DNA of 64,000 nucleotides. It comes from Bacteroidales bacterium. Its GTDB lineage: Bacteria > Bacteroidota > Bacteroidia > Bacteroidales > UBA1556. Each line of letters starts with the position of its first letter. The first letter of the stretch is position 1. The position numbers were made by a program, and so were the translations under genes. Location of the stretch: assembly GCA_015493685.1 (NCBI GenBank), contig WGCS01000034.1, forward strand, positions 5,042-69,041, given 5' to 3'. The notes beneath the pieces were generated by a model, which saw only the letters and a program-made list of their open reading frames with translations, had not been told where the DNA came from and searched no databases. Positions 9,399-18,600 of this stretch are shown piece by piece.

Positions 9399-10676
9399 CT
9401 ACGTGTTTTTACGTTTACCATAAATTACAGCTATGCCTAAATTAAGCATAAAAAATAATCCTAATTTTAATATAATTCCTCCCAATTGATTTATCGTATC
9501 TGCCTTTAATACAATATCATAATAGCCCTGTAAGGACCAATTTAGAGGAGACCACTGGGCTATTTTAAGCAAGGAATCAGGCATCATATATGTCGGCACC
9601 CAAATTCCTCCAATGGCAGCCAGCAAAACTACTGAAATACTTCCAAATACCGAAGCTTGATGATGAGTTTTTGCAATATTGCCTACGGCGATGCCAAAAG
9701 CTGCTGCAGCTAAGCCGATAAATAATGTTAAAATAAGGAAACTTATGTAGTTACCATGGATATCAAAGGCTTGCATTCCCATTAATGGCAACAAATATTT
9801 ACCTATTAATAAGAGTGTAATAGCTTGGATAACAGCTAAAAGCGAGTATATACAAATTCTAGCTATTAAAGGAATAGAGTAGGGTGTGGGTGATATCTTA
9901 AGCCGCATGAGACTTCCTTCTTCTCTTTCGGTGATAATTTGTGTTGCCAAAGGGATTACCATAAAAAATATGGCAAAAACGGTCCAAGCAGGTACATTAT
10001 GTTGTGTTGAGGAGGGGATTTTTAGACTTTTATCGCCTAAATCTTCAGATTCACTCAGACTAAATCTATCAAGGGGAAATTTTCCTATATTGGATTTTCC
10101 TGTGATCTTTTGCAGTGTAGTTGTATAGCTTTTAAAAACAATAATTGTGCGTATGTTGGCCATTAATTGTTCCAAGGATGAATGAAGTGCTTTGCGAAGA
10201 CTCCCTTTTATTATGGGGTCGAAAAATAGTTGTATATCTACCATCGGAAGTAGCGAGTCGGGTATTATTTGTGTCCCTATAGTTGGGAGTTGCTTTCTGA
10301 CTTCGTTACTTATTATACGCCGGGTATAAATGCTGCTCTTGGGAGGAATAAGTATTCCCACTTGAAAATTACCCTTGGCAACTGCTTTCTGTGCTAGTGC
10401 TAGTGTTAAACTGTCGCCATGATATTGTTGGTGGATATGAAAAATTTTCATTTTTTTAAGTCCTTTGAGAATAGATTTGCCCACAATACCATTATCAAGA
10501 TTAACCACAGCTATATCCAGTTGTTCAACTTGTAATTTTTTTATGGTTTTATCCTGGAGTAGCGTCATTAATACTACCAAGACTATGGGCATTATAAATA
10601 AGAAACTTAAGCCCGCTTTGTCTCGTAGCAAAAGAAGAACCTCTTTTTTTATATTTCCAAAGAATGCAATCATCAA
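9399..10676 (-). CDS. ABC-2 type transporter permease
   Basis: 425 aa. One N-terminal TM segment, a large extracytoplasmic loop, then 5 C-terminal TM segments. A 4-bp overlap with the upstream ATPase gene. Confidence 0.8.
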   Translation of the reverse strand: MMIAFFGNIKKEVLLLLRDKAGLSFLFIMPIVLVVLMTLLQDKTIKKLQVEQLDIAVVNLDNGIVGKSILKGLKKMKIFHIHQQYHGDSLTLALAQKAVAKGNFQVGILIPPKSSIYTRRIISNEVRKQLPTIGTQIIPDSLLPMVDIQLFFDPIIKGSLRKALHSSLEQLMANIRTIIVFKSYTTTLQKITGKSNIGKFPLDRFSLSESEDLGDKSLKIPSSTQHNVPAWTVFAIFFMVIPLATQIITEREEGSLMRLKISPTPYSIPLIARICIYSLLAVIQAITLLLIGKYLLPLMGMQAFDIHGNYISFLILTLFIGLAAAAFGIAVGNIAKTHHQASVFGSISVVLLAAIGGIWVPTYMMPDSLLKIAQWSPLNWSLQGYYDIVLKADTINQLGGIILKLGLFFMLNLGIAVIYGKRKNT

Positions 10677-11410
10677 TCTCTCAACTCCTTTCCTGTTAAT
10701 TGAATAAACACATCTTCCAAATTTATTGCCTCCGGACTATGCTTAATGAGTTCTCCCGGACTTGCCGTAACAATAATTTTACCTTGATCCATAATGGCTA
10801 CCCTATGACAGATATTTTGTGCCTCTTCCAGCATGTGCGAGGTATAGAGCATACTTACTCCTTCTTTATTCAACTCAATTAAATAGTGCTGTATTGCCTG
10901 TTTGCTCTGAATATCAATACCTACTGTTGGCTCGTCCATAATCAGCAATTCGGGCTGTTGAATTAATCCTGCAATAAGATTTATTCGTCTTTTCATTCCA
11001 CCGGAAAATTCACTTATCAATTTATTTCGCTGCTTATACAGGCCGAGGGATTGCAATAAATGGTTTATGCGAAGTTTTCTTTCTTTTCTTTTTATTTGAT
11101 ATTGGGTGGCAATAAAATTTAGGTTTTCATAAGCGCTAAGTTTGGGATATAGTGCAATATCTTGTGGTACAAGGCCAATTTTATAACTCAATAACTTATG
11201 ATTAATAATCTTTTTTTCCTCCCAGAATAAGTCACCGCTATTGGCTGTTAGAAGTCCTGCAATAATATTTATAAGGCTCGATTTGCCGGCACCATTGGGC
11301 CCCAATAAGCCAACAATCTCTCCTTTTTCAATGCCTATACTTACGTGGTCTAAGGCTTTGGTGTTGGTCGATTTATATTCTTTTACAATATCTTTAGCTT
11401 CCAAAAGCAT
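10673..11410 (-). CDS. ABC transporter ATP-binding protein
   Basis: Walker A GPNGAGKSS, signature FSGGMKRR, Walker B LLIMDEPT and H-loop YTSHML. Confidence 0.95.
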   Translation of the reverse strand: MLLEAKDIVKEYKSTNTKALDHVSIGIEKGEIVGLLGPNGAGKSSLINIIAGLLTANSGDLFWEEKKIINHKLLSYKIGLVPQDIALYPKLSAYENLNFIATQYQIKRKERKLRINHLLQSLGLYKQRNKLISEFSGGMKRRINLIAGLIQQPELLIMDEPTVGIDIQSKQAIQHYLIELNKEGVSMLYTSHMLEEAQNICHRVAIMDQGKIIVTASPGELIKHSPEAINLEDVFIQLTGKELRD

Positions 11411-11412
11411 GC

Positions 11413-12426
11413 TTATAGTTTTAATTGATAGAGTTTTGTAAAGAAATCTTTTTCTCTTAATGCAATTTCTTTTAACTCTTCGGAAATGGAGTGGTATGAT
11501 TCTCCATTCGAAGTCCTGTTTTTAACTACTCTACCGGCATTCACGGCAAAAGTACGCCATAAATCTCCAATCTCAGTCATTTCGTTACTTAAGGTCGCCA
11601 ATTTATCAGAGTGTAATAGTTTTGATGATTCTTGTAAGAAAGCGGCATATAAAAAACGGAATCCTGCTCCACCGGTACCTATTTCTTCTTGCATACGAAT
11701 TACAGAGCCCAAGTATCGGGATGCTTTTTTCGCATCATATTTTTGAGGCCATTTTTCAATACCTTTTGCCAATAAGCGGATTCCCCGGTAGCCAATTACA
11801 GGCCCGGGAGCTTTAACCATCATCATGGCTGTATATTTTATGGATTTCTTAATGGCTTGGGGCAAATTGTAATCCTGAGAGACACTCTCTATAGAGTACA
11901 TTTTTCCTTTGGGTTTATAAGTTCCTTTGGCATAGCGTACTCTCTTCAGGTCCTCTTCTGACAGCCATTCAGGATTTTCCATTATTGGGTCCGAGATAAG
12001 ATATTGGCCGTTCTTTTTTCCATAAGCTACAATGTTATGCGCATTAAAATGAAATCGTAATGGAGCAGGAAAATAGCTTAAATGATATACGCCTACAACC
12101 ATGCCTACAGGAGTCTTTTGTGTCAGTAGGCTGTCAAGTGCTTGCATGGCTTTTTGTGGTGAAGACCGGAAACTGGAAACTTTCATCTTTATTCCCAGCA
12201 CTTTATTGATGCGATGAAAAATTCTTCCCGGCATAGGCCGGAAGGAGCTTACAGGGGCGCCATTTAATTTTAAAAATGGCAGGTAGGTGAAAAATAATCC
12301 TGAACCAAGGCCAAAAATCATCGGCTCGCTTAGTTCTATACCATAATATCGTAATAAATTTGACGTTACTCCATTCTCGCAATGTGCCGCCATTGAGTGT
12401 TTAAAATCTATAGTCTCTATCTCCAT
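11413..12426 (-). CDS. BtrH N-terminal domain-like protein (papain/C39-like fold, putative ACP-dependent acyltransferase)
   Basis: 337 aa. N-terminal HSMAAHCENGVTSNLLRYYG with the candidate nucleophile Cys typical of the BtrH_N family. Embedded in the lipid cluster. Confidence 0.55.
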   Translation of the reverse strand: MEIETIDFKHSMAAHCENGVTSNLLRYYGIELSEPMIFGLGSGLFFTYLPFLKLNGAPVSSFRPMPGRIFHRINKVLGIKMKVSSFRSSPQKAMQALDSLLTQKTPVGMVVGVYHLSYFPAPLRFHFNAHNIVAYGKKNGQYLISDPIMENPEWLSEEDLKRVRYAKGTYKPKGKMYSIESVSQDYNLPQAIKKSIKYTAMMMVKAPGPVIGYRGIRLLAKGIEKWPQKYDAKKASRYLGSVIRMQEEIGTGGAGFRFLYAAFLQESSKLLHSDKLATLSNEMTEIGDLWRTFAVNAGRVVKNRTSNGESYHSISEELKEIALREKDFFTKLYQLKL

Positions 12427-12830
12427 TTACTCGCTTCAAAACTTAATAAATCATTACTATCTATACTGAGAACCTTGGCATACTCTTGTAGTATCTTGGA
12501 ATTTATTTCTGGAAAATTCTTCCCTTTAAGATGCTTCTTTACTCTCCATCGTGGAAGGTTCATATATTCTGCCAATATTTTTACATCCATCATCTCTTTA
12601 CACATGAAAAAATAAATTGGACTTTTATCACCGTGAATTACTTCTTCAAGAGCCGATGCCGTACGTTCTTTTACTTCGTCCCATGCTTGTGCCAATGCTA
12701 TATTCTGTGGCTCAAAGCCGGGACTTTTTTCTTGTACATAATTGCCCTCTTTATCCACTGCATATTGGATAAAACTGGTTTTTCCTTCCAAAGCATTGGC
12801 ATCGTCTTTGGGCATATCTTCAACTTTCAT
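12417..12830 (-). CDS. Hypothetical protein with a possible C-terminal HTH-like segment
   Basis: 137 aa with no recognised family. MDVKILAEYMNLPRWRVKKHLKG looks helix-turn-helix-like. A 10-bp overlap with the downstream BtrH-like gene. Confidence 0.45.
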   Translation of the reverse strand: MKVEDMPKDDANALEGKTSFIQYAVDKEGNYVQEKSPGFEPQNIALAQAWDEVKERTASALEEVIHGDKSPIYFFMCKEMMDVKILAEYMNLPRWRVKKHLKGKNFPEINSKILQEYAKVLSIDSNDLLSFEASKWR

Positions 12831-12868
12831 AATCTCTTCTCCGACTAAGGTTATTGTAATAAAATCAC

Positions 12869-14005
12869 CTATACTACGGTCATTTTTATATAAGTATAGG
12901 AAAAACGAGCACTCTCAGGACTCATTACTAATATTTGGTTGCCTTTCTTTAATAGTCCCGAATTAAAAAGCTCTTCCATCATCAGGTAGGCCGATGCGGC
13001 TCCAACATTGCCAAACTTACTTAGATTAGTAAACCATTTCTTTTGTGGTAACGGACAGCCGGCTTTTTCGGCTTCTTCTTCTATTTTGTATCTGAAATAT
13101 TCGGATGACATATGAGGGAGGAAATAATCAATTTCATCGGTGGTAAAATTGTATTTGTCACAAACTCTCTTTATCCCTTTTGCTCCTGTTTCTACAATAT
13201 TACCGCCCAATAATTTGGTGTCTTGACGGATTGATAAAATTGATTTTGCTATTAATTCTTCTTGCGAATAGGCTCGCCATGGGATAAGTTGTCCATCGTC
13301 GGTACGTTCACCTCCGGCATACATACAAGTAGGCAACTCATTGGAGTAACTTAAGATATCAATAAAGTCGATACGGTAAGACAGCCCTTCAGTATTGGGT
13401 TTGTCCTCTAAAAGGGCTACAGCGGCGCCGTCACTTAACATCCAGCGTAGAAATTCACGCTCAAATTGAATGGTGGGCTGCTTTTTTAGTAAGAGTAGCT
13501 TCTCTGCTTCTTCTTCAAAATTAGAGGCTTGTAGCCATGTGGATAATAATTCAGAACCGCCTGCAATAGCATTTCGGCTGTTGCTGGTTTGTATCGACAT
13601 ATAGGCGTATTTCAAAGCTAACATTCCTGAGTTGCATGAGCCTTCGGGACTAATTACTTCCATGGGCCTGTTTTTTAATAATCCTTGTACCATGGAAGCA
13701 TGCGAGGGTAGTAGCTGGTCGGGAGATGTTGTGCCCACTGCCAGCAACTCCAGCATATTTAAATCAAAACCATTTTTCTCAATTTTTTTAATGGCTTCAA
13801 AAACAAGTTCCGAATTGGTATGTGTGTAGTTACCTTCTTTGTCTAAAGCATAATATCGTGTCTTAATTCCATTGTTTCGTAAAATAATGCCTTTGGCTCT
13901 TGACTTAGTCCCTTTTATATAACCTAAATAGTCTTCCATTTCATCAGATTGGATGGCTTTGTTTGGAAGAAACCGACTCATTTTATTGATATATACTATA
14001 TTCAT
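12869..14005 (-). CDS. darB: KAS III-like condensing enzyme, DarB type (dialkylresorcinol biosynthesis)
   Basis: 378 aa. FabH-like triad context PEGSCNSGMLALKYA (Cys), FLPHMSSEY (His) and FGNVGAASAYL (Asn). Immediately downstream of a DarA-like gene. Confidence 0.75.
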   Translation of the reverse strand: MNIVYINKMSRFLPNKAIQSDEMEDYLGYIKGTKSRAKGIILRNNGIKTRYYALDKEGNYTHTNSELVFEAIKKIEKNGFDLNMLELLAVGTTSPDQLLPSHASMVQGLLKNRPMEVISPEGSCNSGMLALKYAYMSIQTSNSRNAIAGGSELLSTWLQASNFEEEAEKLLLLKKQPTIQFEREFLRWMLSDGAAVALLEDKPNTEGLSYRIDFIDILSYSNELPTCMYAGGERTDDGQLIPWRAYSQEELIAKSILSIRQDTKLLGGNIVETGAKGIKRVCDKYNFTTDEIDYFLPHMSSEYFRYKIEEEAEKAGCPLPQKKWFTNLSKFGNVGAASAYLMMEELFNSGLLKKGNQILVMSPESARFSYTYIKMTVV

Positions 14006-14050
14006 TTTGTTTATTTTATTATTGTGTTATTGTTGTTATCTATAGTAAAT

Positions 14051-14962
14051 TTATTTTCGCTGCATTAGAAGAATCCGATTCATGCCTTTTTTGGTAAGGG
14101 GATAAAAAACAATGCCTGCCAGACTGAAAATAGAAGATGATATTGGACTAATAAAGAAAATAAGGAAGAGTAAGTAGTATTCATAAATTTTTAACCGGAC
14201 TTTTCTGTCCGGATTTCCAGGGCCTCCCTTTTTCCGGATAAAAGCTGCCCATAACTTAAAAATCCTTCCTGCAGCCATTTCGGTAGTCTTTATTGAAAAT
14301 TTAAGGCTTACTCCTTTGTTTTTTACTACTCCTTCTTGAAATCCGGACCAGTTATTAGTACTAAGAGAAAGCTCCATAAGCTCCCCAAATTTAGTGAGTG
14401 TTTCCAACTTCTGCTTTGTTATGCCATAGGGAGGAAGGTTTTTATAAGGTTTTTTCTTCCCTGTAGTTAAAAATTTCAATACGGTTATTACGCTGATAAT
14501 ATTGGAATTAGGATCGGCAAAAACCAAATTTCCCACATGATTTACCTTGTTTGCTTTAAAATAATTAAGGAGTCGTTTTTGTGCATTTACCCACATATTA
14601 CGTATGCCAAGAATGGTGATAACGTTGTTGTGATTAAGCAGTGCTTTCAATTTTTTGTCCTGGAGCATACTCCAAAATGGAATTGATAATGAAAGAAACC
14701 ATACTTGATATGCTAAGATTATTAAATCGTAATCGCCTTGTTTATCGAAAGCTTTTACAGGAATGGTAATGCCTTCAACAGATTCGGGCATGCAATCGTA
14801 AAAAGTGTCATTTGTCCAAGGAAACGGAAAGTCATCAATAGGTTCTATCTTAAAGTAGTCAATAGTGTAAGTGTTATTTTGAGATAATGGACTTAATATC
14901 TTATCGACAATTGTCTTTAACTGACCCGATTGGGTGTAATAAACAACTAATATTTTCTTCAT
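14051..14962 (-). CDS. darA: DarA-type protein (flavodoxin-like N-terminus, C-terminal membrane anchor)
   Basis: 303 aa. MKKILVVYYTQSGQLKTIVDKIL flavodoxin-like start typical of DarA. Hydrophobic C-terminal segment YYLLFLIFFISPISSSIFSLAGIVFY. Paired with darB. Confidence 0.7.
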   Translation of the reverse strand: MKKILVVYYTQSGQLKTIVDKILSPLSQNNTYTIDYFKIEPIDDFPFPWTNDTFYDCMPESVEGITIPVKAFDKQGDYDLIILAYQVWFLSLSIPFWSMLQDKKLKALLNHNNVITILGIRNMWVNAQKRLLNYFKANKVNHVGNLVFADPNSNIISVITVLKFLTTGKKKPYKNLPPYGITKQKLETLTKFGELMELSLSTNNWSGFQEGVVKNKGVSLKFSIKTTEMAAGRIFKLWAAFIRKKGGPGNPDRKVRLKIYEYYLLFLIFFISPISSSIFSLAGIVFYPLTKKGMNRILLMQRK

Positions 14963-15031
14963 CTGCCATTTAATAATCTATACAAAAAGGAAATTATATT
15001 TATAAATACCCACAACCATGTTTACTAATAG

Positions 15032-15039
15032 CAAAGATA
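15032..15039 (-). promoter_or_regulatory. Candidate -7 box (TAtcTTTG on the minus strand) for the dar operon
   Basis: Plus-strand CAAAGATA, about 70 bp upstream of the darA ATG. No convincing -33 TTTG. Confidence 0.25.
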
Positions 15040-15644
15040 CATAATTTAATTCACGAAATATCATTAATGTGTCTTCAAAGTAATATATTATCGTTTGGAT
15101 AATGAGGCTGATGCATAAGGTAATATTTTGCCTAAATTCAAGGTGGCAGTATTTTGCTGTATGGCATTTTACTGGTATTATCAGTAGTGTACAGTATTAA
15201 TACAAAGAGGTAAATCATTATCAATTAATCTTGCTTATAGTATAAAAAATTGAATTATTGCGGATTAATTAATCCAATTTAACCATTAAGTAGCTCCTAA
15301 ATTCTTTATCTTTTTCAATTTACGATAAACCCCACATTACGTATGAGCCTTTGATACCCAACCTACTTGTTCCTATTCAATCAATATTTTCTTTATAAAT
15401 ACACCCTTTTCTGTTCTCATTCCTAATAAATAGTATATCATTGGTTGGATTTGGAAATATTGATATCATATTACTAACGGGTTCAGTAATCCTTACAGGA
15501 GTTTACTCCTCTACTATAATGGATAAATTGTATTGTTTTCTAGTAATTGCACTTAGAGCAAGCAACGCTGGCATAGCAATCTTACATCTATGTGTCCTAA
15601 TAGTTATCCCGCTCGTATAAATTATAGCATTCTGTAGTGTGGCT

Positions 15645-18600
15645 TTAATTTCTGTATAGACTTACCGTTCCTTTGAGGTAGATGCTGGGATTTTTATCTA
15701 TTTCTCCAAATACAGTATAGTTAATCTCCCAAAAATAAACTCCTTCTGTTGCTTTTTCACCATTGATGCTTCCATCCCAAGGTTTATCCAAATTAGTGCT
15801 ATGATAAACAAGCATCCCCCAGCGATTATATATTCGAATCTCAAAAGTTTCAATATTTTGATATTCTATTTCAAATACATCATTATAACCATCCCCATTT
15901 GGAGTAAATACATTGGGGACTTTGAATTTAGACTTGCAGTTGAGTATATGAGTAGTGTCATAGGCATAGCAATTTCTTTCCTTTACTCTAACCCAATAGA
16001 TTCCAGGCCTGTAAACGGTAATACTGCTGCCCGTTGCATTGGTATTCCATCGATAAGCTTCATAACCACTTCCTGCATTTAGCAAGACGTTTCCTCCAAT
16101 ACAGATGGTGGTGTCAGGATGAAGTGTGACAAGTGGAGGCAGGTCTTGCCTGACTGTTATGGTGTCTTTTGCCGACCAACAATTAGAGCTGTCTTTGACT
16201 TGTACAATAAATATATTGGGCAGATTTACCCATCGCTGTGACAAATTGTAGTGGTCGTTCCAACGATAAGCTAAATAATTTCCCAAATTAATTTTTACAC
16301 TGTCGCCAATGCAAAATGCGGTATCTTTAAAAGCGATAATAATTGGGGGCGGTTGGCTTATGCTTATGGTGTCTTGGATTTGACATAATCCACTGTCGGC
16401 ACTTACGGTAAGGGTGTAGTTTCCGGCGGCTAAATTAGTAATAACTTGTCCTGTTTGTTGATTTGACCATTGGTAAATATAGGAGTAAATAGTGTCAGTA
16501 TTTATTATTTGAATGCTTCCGTTACTGTCGTTAAAGCATTGGTTGTCAGTAATAAGATAATTTAAATTGATGTTGCATCCCACATAAAGAGAGTCGTAAA
16601 CAGTACAATTGCCGGCATAGTCCACGGTAATATAATACCAGCCTGTTTGGTTTACCGAAATATCGGCTGATGTACTTCCTGTAGACCAATGATAACTGGT
16701 GTTGGGACCTCCATTAAAATTAACACTGCTAAGAATAATATTTCCTCCTAAACTTAGGTTTGTGTCAGGGCCCAGTCCGTAAACATATTGTGGCCCATTG
16801 GAGAATATCCAAGCCGAATTATTGGAAATGTCACTGCTAAATGCACCGGCATAATAGTTGGCTCCTCCCAAAGCATGAATATCGCGCATATTGATAAAAT
16901 CACCATTTACATTACCTGCCGCTTTGCTAACATAAGCTTGATTCCCTCTCGAAGTAGATTGTAATGTAAGGGCAAAGCAGTTGTTTCCTCGTACCTGCCA
17001 AAATGATCCTACCGTTTGAGTTTTAGCTTCTTCAAGCTGATAAGTATTGCCGGCCTGAAATAGAAGACTATCGAAATAATGTTCTCCATAGATATCAGCA
17101 TTATTGTTAATCTGTACTTTATTGAATGTATCGTGCGAGCTGTTTTCATTAATGATCTTGCTTAATCCTTTTCGTATTGGTTTGAAATCAACATTATTAA
17201 AATGAAGTATTTTTGTTCCTTTTAAATGGAGTTCCAGTTGGGGATTATTACTATATTCATTGAATATTATTTGAGAATTATTGGCCATTAAATTGATGCT
17301 ATCGCTATTGATAGAAAACGTATGTTTCAAGTGAAAAATAGAGTTTCTAAGGTCTAATTTTCTTGGTGTATTATTGGGAGATAAGTAGTCATAGGCAAAA
17401 ATAGTGTTATTATTAAGTATGAAATTTCCCTTATTATGAAAAATAGTATTGCAGTGTAAATCATCAAAAAGCTTCCAGCTGCCTTTTCTTTGAAAATAAA
17501 TCATGTTGGTGTACTGTTGTGAGGAACGGATATAGTTTCCTGTGTCGAGCGCCATAAAATGGAACTGTACGTCGGAGCGTAAGGTCATTGTGTCACCCAA
17601 ATAAAGTGAGCCATATATATTAAGTTTATAAATATTCATATAAGGATTGCTGGGGGTGAAATCCCAATACATAGTATGACATTCGATGGGTAAATTTGAT
17701 ATGGCGCTTCCTGCTACAGGAAAGGACTGTTGTGTAAAATGTACATCATCAACAGAAGTTGGAATGCATTCTCCGCTTATGCCCCCGTCGGTGAGTGACC
17801 AATGGGCTGTATCCCACCATTCACCTGTGGTATCAACCCAATAGAGTGTCCGTGCAGTAGGAGGTGTAATTTGCCAATTGGAAGAATTGCCTCCAAGGTC
17901 GAATCCATTAACAATGGTAAAGCTGCCATTACCAATGCCAATGATATTTTGTAAATAAACGCTGGATAAATTTACATTGCCATTGAGCTTATGTACATTT
18001 GTTGCTGAGCCATATCCTTGTATTTTTATGGTGCCATAACAATCGGCATTAGCTTGCCAGTCGTAGTTAATATATTGGTTGCTATTGCTCTGTAATGAGT
18101 ATGTTCCTCCTTTGGAAAATATCAATGTGTCCATATAATTATTCGCATTGAGATCGCCATCACCGCTAAAGAACAAAGTGTTAAAACGATTACTAAGGTT
18201 GTGGTCGTGCTTTATAATACCTTGTCGGCTAGAATCCAAGAAATTGACGTTATAAAAAACGGCTTGATTGCTTCCTTTAGTTTTAAGTTTGCCTCCGTGA
18301 ATAAAGTTCAGGCTTGAGTTGGCTGCTAGTAAGTGGGTGTTGTTGTTGCTTCGCCAATAGAAGATTCTATTTATTCCTCCGTCAATGATATTAATTTCTC
18401 CATTATGAAAGTCGAGGGTCTTTTTCTTGTCAATGTCGGCTAAATACGACTGAGCAAAAATGGGCTCTTGGTTGCAAATAAGTTTACCGGCATGGTGATA
18501 TATTTTTTCTCTAACATAGAGGGTGTCAAGTAAAGACCATTGTCCGGTATCACAAAATACTATTTCTCCATCATAAATTTGTCCGGCCATATCAATGCTT

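Noticed and set aside
9398-9421. Upstream ATG (9421) as the start of the ACP gene
   Set aside because: It would overlap the permease gene by 23 bp and add a basic, non-conserved MVNVKTRR extension. The ATG at 9397 directly abuts the permease stop and gives a typical ~85-aa ACP.
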